Shown: one piece after another, positions 47,429 through 59,094 of the stretch
How positions within the stretch are numbered: the stretch's first letter is position 1
Layout: the number at the start of each line of letters is the position of its first letter
Source: Planctomycetota bacterium
GTDB lineage: Bacteria > Planctomycetota > Planctomycetia > Pirellulales > UBA1268
Direction of reading: 5' to 3'
Assembly: GCA_003669585.1 (NCBI GenBank)
Contig: QWOQ01000005.1
Location: 458,502-522,501, forward strand
Length of the DNA: 64,000 nt
The notes under the pieces: model-generated
Database searches by the model: none
Told to the model about the DNA's origin: nothing
Seen by the model: the letters and a program-made list of their open reading frames with translations, nothing else
Translations under genes and position numbers: made by a program

Positions 47429-48117
47429 ATTCTCCCGCCAATCCTCTCTCGGGTGGGCCTGTTCGCAATGAGCAGAACTCTCAGGCCCATCGCATGGACA
47501 ATATGTACCGCTTTACGCGGCACATCTATGATCTGACCCGTCGTTACTACCTCTTTGGTCGCGATCGTCTTGTGGATCAAATTGTTACCGATTCAAACAG
47601 CTCGACGCTCGAAGTTGGATGCGGAACGGCTAGAAATTTGATTCGCCTGGCTCGACGAAAGGATCGTGGACTGCTGTTTGGTCTCGACGCTTCGCACGAG
47701 ATGCTTGAAACGGCGGATCTCTCGGTTTCACGAGCACTCGCTGGTCCCATTGTTCTGCGACAAGGATTGGCGGAGGATCTCGATGCCAAACGTATGTTCG
47801 GGAAAGAAGAACCGTTTGACACAATCTTTTTTTCCTACTGTCTTTCAATGATTCCCACCTGGCAGCCGGCCATTGATGCGGCGCTCAACAATCTGCGCAC
47901 AGGAGGCACGCTGTGGATCGTTGACTTCTGGGACCAGAAGACTTTGCCAGCTTGGTTTTCAGCCGGACTGCAGCGATGGCTTGCACTTTTTCATGTAAAG
48001 TATCGACCGGAACTTCACGAGGCGCTTGTCTCCATTGGCACTTCCGGCAAGGCCTTGGTGACTTTTGAAACAGTCGGGAGCCGCTACGCTTATATTGCTA
48101 AAGTCGTGAAGATCTAA
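47425..48117 (+). CDS. btaB: BtaB-like class I SAM-dependent methyltransferase (diacylglycerylhomoserine N-methyltransferase)
   Basis: 230-aa ORF. The segment HRMDNMYRFTRHIYDLTRRYYLFGRDRLV...TLEVGCGTARNL combines a SAM motif I with the BtaB-specific leader (MDxxYRxQRHIYDxTRKYYLLGRD). It is translationally coupled to the btaA-like gene. Confidence 0.8.
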   Translation: MNSPANPLSGGPVRNEQNSQAHRMDNMYRFTRHIYDLTRRYYLFGRDRLVDQIVTDSNSSTLEVGCGTARNLIRLARRKDRGLLFGLDASHEMLETADLSVSRALAGPIVLRQGLAEDLDAKRMFGKEEPFDTIFFSYCLSMIPTWQPAIDAALNNLRTGGTLWIVDFWDQKTLPAWFSAGLQRWLALFHVKYRPELHEALVSIGTSGKALVTFETVGSRYAYIAKVVKI

Positions 48118-48181
48118 CTCGTCACAGATTTATCTGACTCTACTTTCAGAATTCGATCCGCGAGAACGTTTTCCAATCGGT

Positions 48182-48832
48182 TTAGTTCACTGACAACGCC
48201 GACAATGAAAGTTCGATCGCAAATCGGTCGAATGGCTCGCTTTCGCGAATGATCTCGCTGGGTCGAATGAGAGCCCAGGAAAGTGCCTGGTTACTCCATG
48301 TGAGTTGGTAGAGATAGGTGCCAGGCTCGATCGGAGTAACCTGTTCGAGTCCGAATCGGGATTCGAGCAATTCGACAAGCCTCCTCGCATCGCCGGTCCG
48401 ACCAATAAACTCTATCTTCGAGCAGCGTCCCTGAGAGTTGAACCAGTACGTGATCGATCCTGAAAGGTCATCGATGCGAGTGCCACTCACCAGAGGAACC
48501 CGGTAGCCTCGAAGGGATTGTTTGACCAAACCAGTGGTCACACGGGGCCATCGTCCGAGGATACCGGCAGGCGTAATTTCGTAACGAAAAGCCTCCTCCA
48601 TGGCGACTACTGGGATCCGAAGTGTTGCATCAATTGCTGAACTTTTATCATGCGATGATCTCAACGAATCAACAGTTGAATCCTTCTTTCCGTTCACAAC
48701 ATCAGTAAGCCTTGTCCACATCGCTTCTGACTGAACAACCGTTGGCAAGCCTGCCAGATGGGGTGCCATACTCGAAATCGCCATTGGAACGGTAGCCGCT
48801 GCGGCCAGTCCAGCGAAAAAAGACATTCGCAT
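48182..48832 (-). CDS. Hypothetical secreted protein
   Basis: 216-aa ORF with the signal peptide MRMSFFAGLAAAATVPMAISSMA. No recognisable motif. Confidence 0.55.
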   Translation of the reverse strand: MRMSFFAGLAAAATVPMAISSMAPHLAGLPTVVQSEAMWTRLTDVVNGKKDSTVDSLRSSHDKSSAIDATLRIPVVAMEEAFRYEITPAGILGRWPRVTTGLVKQSLRGYRVPLVSGTRIDDLSGSITYWFNSQGRCSKIEFIGRTGDARRLVELLESRFGLEQVTPIEPGTYLYQLTWSNQALSWALIRPSEIIRESEPFDRFAIELSLSALSVN

Positions 48833-49064
48833 TGTCGTCCCCGACTTTTATCCGGTCGATCTTCACGCGGCAGAGAACACGTTGCACGATGATGCCTCAA
48901 CGTGCGGAATCAATTCATAGGTGATTCCTTTAAAAGATCGGCACGACGATGCCGACCTCTTCCCCATCGCTTGTTCGTTCGATACGACCCGCAATCATTC
49001 GCCGGAGAAAAGACCGAACGTAACGATTCCAACGCCGAAGAGGGTGCTGCTGCCCACAAACTCA

Positions 49065-49937
49065 TTACGGTAGGACAAACACAATCCCAGTAATTGTCGC
49101 AGCCTCAATTGCCATGCCGCGCAAACTGATTGGCACCGCAGGAACTGTCCAAGGTGCACAGCTTCCCGGCCGGTAATATCCAACCGGATAGACACACTCC
49201 CACGGCAGTTCCACGCCCATTTTATACGGCAATACCGGAAGCGAGACGAAGAAGTGCGCGGCACTCACAAATGGATCGGCGAGCCATCCACGCGATTGGC
49301 CATACCGTTCAAGATTCGAGTCTTCAAAGTAGAGCGGCTTGTGACAATATCCTGCCGCATACCAGCTCACGGTCGTCTGGCTCCACGATCGAGGCTTAAA
49401 AACTTCTCCCTCAAGTCGGCATTCGCACGGATAGTCGTCACCGGAAATTCCTCCAACTCGGATATCGAGGTTGATCTCTTCGATTCCATCTAAACGAAGC
49501 GCTGTCAGTGCATCTTGACACTGATCAGCTGAGTCTTGGCATGGAGGAACGGCAGGGGCTGCAGCCTCAATCTCCGCTGGCTGAGTGATCGTTCGGGGTT
49601 GTTGACGGTCTCTCTTTTTTGGTTCAGCAGGCACCGTTGCCTTTGGAGGTACAACTTTTTCATCATTCTCAGAAAAGATATTTTCTTCTGTATCAATTAT
49701 TTGTGATCGCTTCGCAAACGAGACCTGATCGCTGAAGTTGAGAGATTTAGGCTTCTCGCTTCGGGAACGCCAAGTCGCAGCAGGAGCATTTGACTGAAAA
49801 AGAATGCATGCAAGAATCGCCATCCATGGGATTATGCATGTCTGCAACGAACAACTTTGTTGCTCGTAAAAACGTCTACGGCTGTCCCTTGTATTCAACG
49901 CTGTAGTTGGGCGCTTCTTGCGTAATAACGATGTCAT
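49065..49937 (-). CDS. Hypothetical exported Cys-containing protein
   Basis: Taking the start at M46 of the track ORF (49937) gives [10 protein letters not shown]...[20 protein letters not shown], which is signal-like. An alternative ATG at 49823 avoids the 62-nt overlap with the guaB 3' end. The C-terminal block [13 protein letters not shown]...[25 protein letters not shown]...[19 protein letters not shown] looks like a folded, conserved domain. Confidence 0.55.
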   Translation of the reverse strand: MTSLLRKKRPTTALNTRDSRRRFYEQQSCSLQTCIIPWMAILACILFQSNAPAATWRSRSEKPKSLNFSDQVSFAKRSQIIDTEENIFSENDEKVVPPKATVPAEPKKRDRQQPRTITQPAEIEAAAPAVPPCQDSADQCQDALTALRLDGIEEINLDIRVGGISGDDYPCECRLEGEVFKPRSWSQTTVSWYAAGYCHKPLYFEDSNLERYGQSRGWLADPFVSAAHFFVSLPVLPYKMGVELPWECVYPVGYYRPGSCAPWTVPAVPISLRGMAIEAATITGIVFVLP

Positions 49938-51351
49938 GCGGATGATTCTCACGGATCGTGGCGGCGGAAACCTGTATAAAACGCGCGTCTCTTCGTAACT
50001 CAGAAACTGTCTTTGTGCCGCAATAGCCCATGCCGGCCCGAAGGCCGCCAACAAGCTGATACACGAACACACTCAGTGGCCCCTTAAACGGAACCCTTCC
50101 CTCGACTCCTTCTGGAACAAGCTTGTCTCCTGTTCGATCACCCGTTCGCTGTCTGTATCGCTCACTCGATCCTTGCACCATGGCACCCAGCGATCCCATG
50201 CCGCGGTAACTCTTAAAAGTGCGCCCCTGATAAAGAACCATTTGACCGGGGCTTTCAGCCACTCCCGCCAAAAGTCCTCCGATCATGCACGAGCACGCAC
50301 CCGCAGCAATCGCTTTCGTAATGTCACCCGAGTATCGAATCCCTCCATCGGCGATGATCGGAACACCCTGCTCAGCGGCCTCATTCGCTGCTTCCCAGAT
50401 CGCACTGATCTGTGGAACACCGACACCTGAGATCACTCTAGTAGTACAGATCGACCCGGGACCGATCCCAACTTTGACTCCATCTGCTCCAGCTCGAATC
50501 AAATCTCGACAACCTTCCCGAGTTGCCACGTTCCCCGCAATGACGTCAATATCCCATCGCTTCTTAATTGCCGCAACGGTTTCGATGACATTTGAAGAGT
50601 GACCGTGAGCACTATCGACAACGAGAACATCAACTCCCTTTGAAATCAGGCTCTCTGCTCGCTGGTAATCAAACACCCCGACCGCAGCTCCTACTCGCAG
50701 CCTCCCTTGCCCGTCTTTGCAGGCCTGCGGAAACCGCTTCATCATATCTATATCCTTGATCGTAATGAGGCCTGTCAGCACACCGGATCCGTCGACCAAG
50801 AGCAATTTTTCTACTTTATTTCCCATGAGAATTTGCTCGGCCTGTTCAAGTGTTACGTTTCCAGTCGCGGTTATAAGATTTGTCCGCGTCATGATCCCGC
50901 TGATCGGCGTGTCACCACTTTCTAGAAAACGCAGATCACGACGAGTGATGATGCCCAACAATCGTCGATCGGCACTGGTAATCGGAACTCCGGAAATGTT
51001 GTATTGATCCATCAACTCTCGGGCACGGGAGACGGTGGCCGTTGGTGGAAGCACAACAGGATCAAAAATGATTCCATTGGCACTGCGTTTAACCTTGTCA
51101 ACCTCCTCAGTCTGCCGTTCGATTGACAAATTTTTGTGGATGACTCCGAGGCCACCCTCTTGAGCCAGTGCAATAGCCATCTCACATTCGGTGACCGTGT
51201 CCATTGGAGAACTGACAATCGGGATATTAAGTTTGATGCGACGAGTGAGTTCTGTAGAAACGTCAACCTCGGCTGGCACCACTTCGGAATAGCGTGGAAC
51301 AAGCAGCACATCATCAAAGGTGATCCCGGTTGCGACGATTTTCCCGTCCAT
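49876..51351 (-). CDS. guaB: IMP dehydrogenase
   Basis: 491 aa from the ATG at 51349-51351 ([24 protein letters not shown]). A CBS pair is present, and the catalytic loop is [23 protein letters not shown], followed by GGIRYSGDI. Confidence 0.95.
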   Translation of the reverse strand: MDGKIVATGITFDDVLLVPRYSEVVPAEVDVSTELTRRIKLNIPIVSSPMDTVTECEMAIALAQEGGLGVIHKNLSIERQTEEVDKVKRSANGIIFDPVVLPPTATVSRARELMDQYNISGVPITSADRRLLGIITRRDLRFLESGDTPISGIMTRTNLITATGNVTLEQAEQILMGNKVEKLLLVDGSGVLTGLITIKDIDMMKRFPQACKDGQGRLRVGAAVGVFDYQRAESLISKGVDVLVVDSAHGHSSNVIETVAAIKKRWDIDVIAGNVATREGCRDLIRAGADGVKVGIGPGSICTTRVISGVGVPQISAIWEAANEAAEQGVPIIADGGIRYSGDITKAIAAGACSCMIGGLLAGVAESPGQMVLYQGRTFKSYRGMGSLGAMVQGSSERYRQRTGDRTGDKLVPEGVEGRVPFKGPLSVFVYQLVGGLRAGMGYCGTKTVSELRRDARFIQVSAATIRENHPHDIVITQEAPNYSVEYKGQP

Positions 51352-51577
51352 AAGGGCTTCCTCAATTCTTGATGGAAAACCTCTGATTATGCGGCTCAGA
51401 CCTCCTGTGTGGCAACGACCATCCTTCATTAAAGCCTCAAATCCGTCTCTCACCGACTCAAACGCTCCGCACGGCCTCCGAGTGTGTCCTAGGTTTAAGG
51501 CAGTCGGAAGTCACTGCCTTGAATGGTTTCTTCCATCGAACAATCCTTCCTCTGTCCAAGCCGCGACGAACAGCACT

Positions 51578-52291
51578 ATGACATTTTTAAACGACTTTCT
51601 TGGAAACTCTAAAAATCAGATTACCTCTCGCCCACCGCAGGAGGCTCTGGCACACCCCAATCATGCAATGCTTGAAAACCATCTCGCTCGTCGTCGTTAT
51701 GGACGATTTACCCTAACCAATGCCATTCGACCTGGATACCAACTCGATGTCGTACCGCAAGCAGGTTATCGCCTCGACACCTATGTCGATTCACGAACAC
51801 ACCGGAAGCTCCCAGCAATCATTGCTTCAGCCAGCAGTGAAGTTCTCTTTGAGGTTTTCCTTGCGCTTCTGGAACCGCTTGGAAATACCTGTGATGTCAT
51901 TCTTGAATCGAGCCACCGTGATCATGCCAACCTCGTACATTCCGGCACACGAGAAGGAATTGAACGACTCATTCTCGAAAGCATGCTTTGGGATTTCGAG
52001 GATCTCATCCTTGACGACGGGTGCACTGGCGTTGCTGTGATGCATCCATCGCGGCCGATGGAAGTGCAACTTGATGAGCATAAACTGCTGATTATCTACG
52101 CCACAGATCGCACTCCTTTTGAAGAGATACTTCAATCGTATGGCGTTGATCACGATGAACGGATTCGTTTTATCTCGCAGGGAGAACATCTGCATACATC
52201 CCACTCACGATTTGCAAAACGCTTTGATGACATGCAACATCGACTGGGTGTACATGAAGATTTTGATGAAGACTCCGTTTCGATTGATTGA
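51578..52291 (+). CDS. Hypothetical protein
   Basis: 237 aa from the ATG at 51578. The longer track ORF (from 51320) would overlap guaB head-on. Composition is ordinary and no motif is recognised. Confidence 0.5.
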   Translation: MTFLNDFLGNSKNQITSRPPQEALAHPNHAMLENHLARRRYGRFTLTNAIRPGYQLDVVPQAGYRLDTYVDSRTHRKLPAIIASASSEVLFEVFLALLEPLGNTCDVILESSHRDHANLVHSGTREGIERLILESMLWDFEDLILDDGCTGVAVMHPSRPMEVQLDEHKLLIIYATDRTPFEEILQSYGVDHDERIRFISQGEHLHTSHSRFAKRFDDMQHRLGVHEDFDEDSVSID

Positions 52292-52532
52292 TGGCAGGGG
52301 CTTGGGGCCTATGACGAGTCATTTTTTAGGCGTCATAAGAATGTTCTGTGACTGCCTTGCCTTGTTGAAAAAAAGTATTCGAACGGCACTTTTTTTGCGT
52401 ACTGGGTGATCTGGGGATTTCGCTGCGATTGTGACGGGCTTGAACTGGTCTTGAGTTAGACGCGGTGATCCGCCACTCTTTGCCCCCCGGAGCTTCTTGA
52501 ATTTTTTTTAAATTCAGGGTTCCTCTTGGCAC

Positions 52533-53474
52533 ATGCACCCCATGAGGCATTCCATGCCCGCACATCGCTTTGGGCGTTTTTTTCTGAAACGATTTCGAAA
52601 TCTATTCCTCTCCACGTGGGGCGGGCTCACTGTGTGCTTAGCAGGAATGACTCTCTTTTTCGATTCGCAGCCTCTGCATGCACAAGGGCTGCTCCCGGCA
52701 CCAGCATCAACTCCTGTTCTTCAGGGTCCGCCGATGCCTCTTCCATCCAACGCAGTGAGTGATGGCATGGGCGGATGGTTTATTCCACCATCAACAGCTC
52801 CAGCTCCAACACCCGTGGCGCAAGCTCCTCAGATGCCTCCATCTCGCCCGATTCTACTCCCTCAGATCGATCCCGAAATAATCTGGCCAATCCTTGTGGA
52901 CGTCATTGATGATGATTTTAAAATTCAACGTGAGCAGCGGGTAACGTTTGCCGGAGGGGCGGCCACCGAAGGACGGGTCGACACATATCCGCAGACCGGT
53001 GCGACCTTGCTCGAACCTTGGCGAGGAGATTCAGTCGGTTTTCGTGAGCGACTCGAAAGCACGCTCCAATCGATACGTCGTACAGCAACTGTTCGTCTTT
53101 CACCCGATTCGTCGGGCTGGCGTCTTGAAGTAACTGTGCTCAAGGATCTGGAAAATCTCTCCCGACCAATGAAATCCACTGCAGGCGGTGCTTCGTTTCG
53201 AAACGACGACTCTCTCTATCGCTACGGCTCGCCACTACCAACGCTCGGGCAGCAGGTTGGTGAACAACCGCGTCCTGTTGCCAACCCATCATTCAACGCC
53301 GGTTGGATTCCTCTCGGACGCGATGGCCTGCTCGAACAACGAATCCTGATGAAAACAGTGCAGCGACTCGGAGTATCACCGATCCCGTCGGCAGAACCCT
53401 ACTATCAAGCACCCGAGACACTTCCCGGTCCTGCTGGACTTCCTCCCGTTGGCGTGTTGCCCGCTCCGGGTTAG
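52533..53474 (+). CDS. Hypothetical secreted proline-rich protein
   Basis: 313-aa ORF with a signal/anchor (LSTWGGLTVCLAGMTLFF) and Pro-rich flanks (PAPASTPVLQGPPMPLPS..., LPGPAGLPPVGVLPAPG). Confidence 0.55.
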   Translation: MHPMRHSMPAHRFGRFFLKRFRNLFLSTWGGLTVCLAGMTLFFDSQPLHAQGLLPAPASTPVLQGPPMPLPSNAVSDGMGGWFIPPSTAPAPTPVAQAPQMPPSRPILLPQIDPEIIWPILVDVIDDDFKIQREQRVTFAGGAATEGRVDTYPQTGATLLEPWRGDSVGFRERLESTLQSIRRTATVRLSPDSSGWRLEVTVLKDLENLSRPMKSTAGGASFRNDDSLYRYGSPLPTLGQQVGEQPRPVANPSFNAGWIPLGRDGLLEQRILMKTVQRLGVSPIPSAEPYYQAPETLPGPAGLPPVGVLPAPG

Positions 53475-53539
53475 TTCAGATCCAGGTCGCTCTATTTCAT
53501 CGCTGACGGTTCGGATGCATCTGTCCTTGAAATCGACGC

Positions 53540-55234
53540 TTATCGGTCATTGACTTCATCCGTAACACACCCCACGGATGCCGGCGCAACACATCGCACG
53601 TATTTGCCAAGCACGCCACGGGTCGCCTTCAGCGGGGGGGCTTGCCAGTGAGCCTTACGTTTTGCGAACTCCTCGTCACTGACCTCCGCATCAATGCTCG
53701 CGAGTTCTGCGTCGATCACAATCATGTCCCCACTTTCAACCAGTGCAATCGGACCGCCATCCTGCGCTTCCGGAACAACATGGCCAACAATAAATCCGTG
53801 CGAGCCACCAGAAAATCTGCCGTCGGTAATAAGCGCAACATCGGCTCCGAGACCTGCTCCCACCAGCGCCGAAGTGGGAGTGAGCATCTCCGGCATACCT
53901 GGTCCACCTTTCGGCCCCTCGTAGCGAATAATCACTACATCACCACGCTGAATAACACCCTTCTCGAGTGCAGCAAGCATTGATTCTTCACTATCAAACA
54001 CTCGGGCCGGTCCACGAAAACGATTTCCCTCTTTGCCTGTAATTTTTGCAACCGCACTGTCAGGGGCCAGATTTCCGTGAAGGATCGTAATGTGGCCAGT
54101 CGATTTAATCGGCCTTTCAACTGGATGAATAACCTTCTGCCCCTCAGCAAGTCCCTTTGAGACAATCAGGTTTTCGGCAAGCGTCTTGCCCGTGACCGTC
54201 AGACAGTCGCCCGTGAGAAGTTTTTCGCCTAGCAGATACTTCATCAGACCGCTCGTGCCTCCGATCGAGTGCAAATTTTCCTGCACATATCGGCCACTCG
54301 GCTTGAGATCGGCCAAAAGAGGAACTCGTTTGGCTACCGATTGAAAGTCGGCTGGCGTAAGCGGCACCCCAACGCTCCGTGCCATGGCAATCAGATGCAG
54401 TACCGCATTGGTCGAACCTCCCAAGACCATCACAACGACGATGGCATTTTCAAAAGCCTCTCTCGTCATGATGTCACGCGGTTTGATGTCGCGCTCCAGA
54501 AGCAGACGAATCGCTGCCCCAGCGCGAAGACATTCTTCTTGTTTTCCAACATCCTCTGCTGGTGTCGATGCACTATCGGGAAGCGACATACCCATCGCCT
54601 CAATCGCAGAAGCCATGGTGTTGGCTGTGTACATTCCACCACAGGCACCAGCGCCGGGACAGGAGTGCCGGACAATATCTGCCCGACGTGCATCATCGAT
54701 TCGGCCCGAAACGTATTCTCCGTAACACTGAAACGCTGAAACAATATCAAGCGTGGTTCCATCAAGAAGATGCCCCGGACGAATTGTGCCGCCGTAGACC
54801 ATCAGCGAAGGGCGGTTGAGTCGTCCCATCGCCATCAGACATCCGGGCATATTTTTGTCACACCCTGGAATTGCGACTAAGCCGTCATACCACTGGGCTT
54901 CCATAACCGTCTCGATCGAATCTGCGATCAGATCACGCGAGGGAAGAGAAAAACTCATTCCATCCGTGCCCATCGAAATTCCGTCACTTACTCCGATCGT
55001 ACCGAATCGCATTCCTACCAGTCCTGCAGTCACTACGGATTCTTTGACTTTGATCGCCAGTTTGTCCAGATGCATGTTGCATGTGTTTCCCTCATACCAC
55101 ATGCTCACGATGCCTACTTGCGCCTTGTTGAGGTCGGCAGATGAAAGACCAGTACCCAAAAGCATCGCCTGCGAGGCCCCCTGAGACCGGGGTTGTGTGA
55201 TTCGTGAAGAGTACCGGTTGAGTTGAGTTGTCAT
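53540..55234 (-). CDS. ilvD: Dihydroxy-acid dehydratase
   Basis: 564 aa from the ATG at 55232-55234 ([25 protein letters not shown]). Motifs: [40 protein letters not shown]. Confidence 0.95.
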   Translation of the reverse strand: MTTQLNRYSSRITQPRSQGASQAMLLGTGLSSADLNKAQVGIVSMWYEGNTCNMHLDKLAIKVKESVVTAGLVGMRFGTIGVSDGISMGTDGMSFSLPSRDLIADSIETVMEAQWYDGLVAIPGCDKNMPGCLMAMGRLNRPSLMVYGGTIRPGHLLDGTTLDIVSAFQCYGEYVSGRIDDARRADIVRHSCPGAGACGGMYTANTMASAIEAMGMSLPDSASTPAEDVGKQEECLRAGAAIRLLLERDIKPRDIMTREAFENAIVVVMVLGGSTNAVLHLIAMARSVGVPLTPADFQSVAKRVPLLADLKPSGRYVQENLHSIGGTSGLMKYLLGEKLLTGDCLTVTGKTLAENLIVSKGLAEGQKVIHPVERPIKSTGHITILHGNLAPDSAVAKITGKEGNRFRGPARVFDSEESMLAALEKGVIQRGDVVIIRYEGPKGGPGMPEMLTPTSALVGAGLGADVALITDGRFSGGSHGFIVGHVVPEAQDGGPIALVESGDMIVIDAELASIDAEVSDEEFAKRKAHWQAPPLKATRGVLGKYVRCVAPASVGCVTDEVNDR

Positions 55235-55442
55235 AGATTCTCCCGAATGTGTTCTGCTCTTTTCGTACGCACTGACGCAATGCAGTGGACGAAAACCGCT
55301 TTGAAGAATAGGTTCTCGCAAACAAAGAAAAAAGCTGCTGCCTCTTTTTCTCACACCATGCAACTGCTTTGACGCCTGACGGGAGCGAACCTGCTGGGTA
55401 CGCGATGGAGCACGCCTTTCCTATTTTGAGAACTCTTTCACT

Positions 55443-56066
55443 ATGAATTCACCAGAATATATCTTTCTTGATCTCGGAAATGTGATCGTTCACTTCGACC
55501 ATAAAAAAGCTGTCGAGCAGATCTCCTCTCTCAGTGGTATTCCTGCTGAAACAGTGCGTTCAACTCTTTGGTCCACCGATCTGCAAACACAACTTGAACG
55601 TGGTACGACTGATTGGCCGACCGCGTGCAACCTATTTCGAGAGGCCACTGGTGCAACTTCCGACAACGATCAACTGGCGAGAGCAGCCAGCACAATCTTT
55701 GAAATCAATCATTCAATGATTCCTGTGATCGCAGGACTTCAGCGATCAGGCTGTCGTCTTGGGATTCTTTCAAATACCTGCGCCCCCCACTGGGACTTTC
55801 TTCTATCCTCCGGATATGCGGTGATGCCCGGCCGCTTCGATCTGATTGTCTGCAGTCATCTTGTGAATCTCGCCAAGCCAGATCCGGCAATCTTTGAGCG
55901 AGCTCAACAACTCGCCAGCGTCTCGGCAGACAAAATATTTTTTACCGACGATATCGTTGCGAATGTTCTCGCTGCACAACAAGCTGGATGGGATGCAGTT
56001 CCATTTACTTCTGCTGCGGCGCTGATTTCTGCACTCTGGCACCGCGGAGTGCGAGTAGGGCTGTAA
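55443..56066 (+). CDS. HAD-superfamily hydrolase
   Basis: 207-aa ORF. Motif I-like FLDLGNVIV, motif II ILSNT, and motif III/IV K...FFTDD. Confidence 0.7.
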   Translation: MNSPEYIFLDLGNVIVHFDHKKAVEQISSLSGIPAETVRSTLWSTDLQTQLERGTTDWPTACNLFREATGATSDNDQLARAASTIFEINHSMIPVIAGLQRSGCRLGILSNTCAPHWDFLLSSGYAVMPGRFDLIVCSHLVNLAKPDPAIFERAQQLASVSADKIFFTDDIVANVLAAQQAGWDAVPFTSAAALISALWHRGVRVGL

Positions 56067-56160
56067 AACAATTTCGTACATCGGATCAACACACGGGGGC
56101 ATTGGTCGCAGCTTACAACCTCTCCGTAGCCGAATGGTTTTTATTTATGGAGACAATTCT

Positions 56161-56385
56161 CTAATGTTCGGCAAGGACTCTTCTTACGTTACTCTCATCG
56201 ATTCGACCTTCTAAAACTGATTGGCCGTCGATCTCGATGACTGGCACTCGATGCCCATACTGTGCGATGAGCTCTGGATCGGAATCGACATCAACCACTT
56301 CGCTATCGTCCCTGAATGACTGCACCAGATCGATTGCGTGTTCACACAAGTGACAGCCCTGACGAGAATAGATTCGGATTTTCAT
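56161..56385 (-). CDS. Glutaredoxin-like small redox protein (DUF836-type)
   Basis: 74-aa ORF MKIRIYSRQGCHLCEHAIDLV...VPVIEIDG, with a CxxC motif in a thioredoxin-fold context. Confidence 0.75.
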   Translation of the reverse strand: MKIRIYSRQGCHLCEHAIDLVQSFRDDSEVVDVDSDPELIAQYGHRVPVIEIDGQSVLEGRIDESNVRRVLAEH

Positions 56386-56624
56386 GACATCACGATTCTT
56401 TCAACAATATCGGGTTTCATGGGATTTCTATTTTTGACTCTCTCAAATGCTTTCCCGTGATGCGATCAAGTCTTTCGACTGCATAATGACAGGCGAATCG
56501 TCCAGAGAGTATGATTTTTCGAATTCATCCTCTGATGGTATTCTCTCATACGCAGCTCATTTTTTTGTCACCTTCATGTGACACATTTTTTCCTTTCTGC
56601 TTTTCACATTTTCTATTGCCCCGC

Positions 56625-58295
56625 ATGAGCCACTCGAAAGAACAGACCCTGAGTGATTTCCTCTCCGTGGTTCACTCCAGTGGACTCGTCAGCAAGGAGT
56701 CACTTGCAGGTGCGATTGGGCCGTGGACAGATCGGCATGGACCAGTTCCCGAGGAATTGCTCGAGCATCTCATCAAAGAAGAACTTCTGACTTCGTGGCA
56801 GATCAACAAACTGCGAAAAGGGCAGCACAAAGGATTTATTCTTGACAAATATAAACTCCTTCGACTTCTGGGCTCTGGCGGCATGAGCAGCGTTTATCTG
56901 GCAGAACATGCGACACTCAAGCACAAAGTGGCAATCAAAGTTTTGCCGCCTAAACATGTTGCGAAAACCTCTTATAAAAAACGCTTTGAACGAGAGGCTC
57001 GGGCTGCTGCCCAACTGCAACACCCGCATATCGTTCGAGCCACTGACTCAGGGGCAGTCGGTGACATTCATTACATCGTGATGGAATATATTCAAGGAGG
57101 CGATCTCCACGAGAAGGTAAAAGCTGAAGGCCCGATCGATATCCGAAATGCCGCAGATTACATTCGTCAAGCAGCGCTTGGGCTCCACTATGCGCACGAG
57201 GAAGGATTTGTGCACCGCGACATCAAGCCGGCGAACCTGATCCTCGACACTCACGGAGTTGTCAAAATACTCGATCTTGGATTGGCACGACCAAGCGATG
57301 AAGACGATGAGAGTGCAGGACTCACTGGTGAATTCAACGAAAAAATTCTTGGTACGGCCGACTATCTGGCACCTGAACAGGCCACCGACAGCCATAAGGC
57401 TGATCGCCGCTCCGACATTTACAGTCTGGGATGTGCTTTTTATTACCTGCTGATTGGAAAAGGGCCGTTTGCCAAAGGAACTCTTGGCGAGCGAATTCGA
57501 TCGCAGATCAACGATCCACCACCCAACATTCTCGACCTTCGGCCCGACACCCCTGTAACTCTGGTGGTTCTCTACTTGCAAATGCTCGAAAAGAATCCTG
57601 ATGCGCGCCCACAAACAGCCAATGAGGTTGCCGAAACCATCAGAATCTGGTTAGAAGCCACAAAGGTTGACTACACACCGCGTCCTTTTTCTCCTCCCCC
57701 GCGCCGAACACCAGCACAACAAAGTCCTGTCGAACATTTACCTTCTGATTTATCCGCCAGCCCCGGGCCAGTGAGTCAGTTGTCCACTCAAAGCAGTCTG
57801 CCCTTCGATCCTTTTCCAATCACTGGCGACTCCACGAACGCTCCGAATGAACCCGCTCTTTTATCTCTTTCATTTTCTCCACCGACAGTCGACGGAATAC
57901 AGTCGATCAACACTCTCTCGTCGGCAGACCCGAAAAGATCATCCGGAAAAGTCGCAATTCCAAAAAGTCACTCCAAAGAAGGCAACCGCCGGGTTCTACG
58001 AAGTATCATGTTTGCCGGTCAACCACTGAGCCTGTGGCTGATTATTCTGGGAATTATCTTGGTCCTTGGTGTGATGGTGGGAACCCTCATTCTTCGGCCT
58101 GATAAGACCACGCCAAAGAAAACAGGCCCCGGCAAAGCGCCCACTTCTTCTTCGAAATCGAATGAAAAGGCTCCTGCGTCAACGAAGAAGCCTTCCATCA
58201 AAAAAGAAAAACCGCAATCCATGGAAGAATCTTCTGGTCCAAGTGTTTTGGATAATCTTGAAAATTTAAAGCCTGCGAATGAAGCTGCACAATAA
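56625..58295 (+). CDS. Hanks-type Ser/Thr protein kinase with a C-terminal TM helix and a Lys/Pro/Ser-rich tail
   Basis: 556 aa from the ATG at 56625. Motifs: GSGGMSSVY (G-loop), VAIKVL, HRDIKPANLIL, DLGLA, DYLAPEQ. The TM helix is LSLWLIILGIILVLGVMVGTLIL. Confidence 0.88.
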   Translation: MSHSKEQTLSDFLSVVHSSGLVSKESLAGAIGPWTDRHGPVPEELLEHLIKEELLTSWQINKLRKGQHKGFILDKYKLLRLLGSGGMSSVYLAEHATLKHKVAIKVLPPKHVAKTSYKKRFEREARAAAQLQHPHIVRATDSGAVGDIHYIVMEYIQGGDLHEKVKAEGPIDIRNAADYIRQAALGLHYAHEEGFVHRDIKPANLILDTHGVVKILDLGLARPSDEDDESAGLTGEFNEKILGTADYLAPEQATDSHKADRRSDIYSLGCAFYYLLIGKGPFAKGTLGERIRSQINDPPPNILDLRPDTPVTLVVLYLQMLEKNPDARPQTANEVAETIRIWLEATKVDYTPRPFSPPPRRTPAQQSPVEHLPSDLSASPGPVSQLSTQSSLPFDPFPITGDSTNAPNEPALLSLSFSPPTVDGIQSINTLSSADPKRSSGKVAIPKSHSKEGNRRVLRSIMFAGQPLSLWLIILGIILVLGVMVGTLILRPDKTTPKKTGPGKAPTSSSKSNEKAPASTKKPSIKKEKPQSMEESSGPSVLDNLENLKPANEAAQ

Positions 58296-58326
58296 TTTCA
58301 GCTCCATCGCAATATTTGCATCACAA

Positions 58327-59094
58327 TCATGACTGTGGCATGGTCCAGTCTCTTTTTGCAAGTGATTCAATCGATATTGTATCCGTGAGATCAAACTGCA
58401 ACGGGGTCAACGTCATGCATCCTGATCGAAGCGCTGAGACGTCTGTTTCTCTCAGCGATGGTGCAGGAGGCGGATCGTTTGTGGCCCAAAAATAGGGTCG
58501 CCCTCGCGGATCGATCCGTTTTTCAAACTCCTCCCCATATCGAACCACACTCATTGGAACAACTCGCAATTTCGGCGAACCAGTGAGAGCGGCCGTTGGA
58601 ATATTTAAATTGTAGAGGCTTCCTGATGGGGAAGAGAATCTCAAGAGTTCGCGGATGACCGGTATCGCTAGTTCTGCGGCGCGATCAAAATGAGCATGCT
58701 CGTTATATTCAAGCGAGACCGCGATACTGGTGATACCAAAAAATGCACCTTCTATTGCTGCTGCAACCGTTCCAGAATAGAGCACGTTAATTCCGGCATT
58801 GAGCCCACCGTTGATACCACTGATGACGAGATCCGGCTTTCGTGGACAAAATTGTGAGATGGCGAGTTTCACCGCATCTGCCGGTGATCCATCCACTGCC
58901 CATCCTCGCCGTACCTTGCCATCAAATATTTCCTTGGCCGTCAGGGGTGTGAGAAATGTGATCGCATGACCGACTCCGCTCTGTTCGGTCGCAGGTGCAA
59001 CTACACACACCTCTCCCAACTGACGCAGGGCAACTGCCATTGCAGCAAGCCCGGGTGCAAAAATTCCATCATCATTTGTTAGAAGCGTAAGCAT
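58327..59094 (-). CDS. surE: 5'/3'-nucleotidase SurE
   Basis: 255 aa from the ATG at 59092-59094. MLTLLTNDDGIFAPGL, plus GINGGLNAGINVLYSGTVAAAIEG, is the canonical SurE pattern. The 119 upstream codons of the track ORF are judged non-coding. Confidence 0.92.
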   Translation of the reverse strand: MLTLLTNDDGIFAPGLAAMAVALRQLGEVCVVAPATEQSGVGHAITFLTPLTAKEIFDGKVRRGWAVDGSPADAVKLAISQFCPRKPDLVISGINGGLNAGINVLYSGTVAAAIEGAFFGITSIAVSLEYNEHAHFDRAAELAIPVIRELLRFSSPSGSLYNLNIPTAALTGSPKLRVVPMSVVRYGEEFEKRIDPRGRPYFWATNDPPPAPSLRETDVSALRSGCMTLTPLQFDLTDTISIESLAKRDWTMPQS

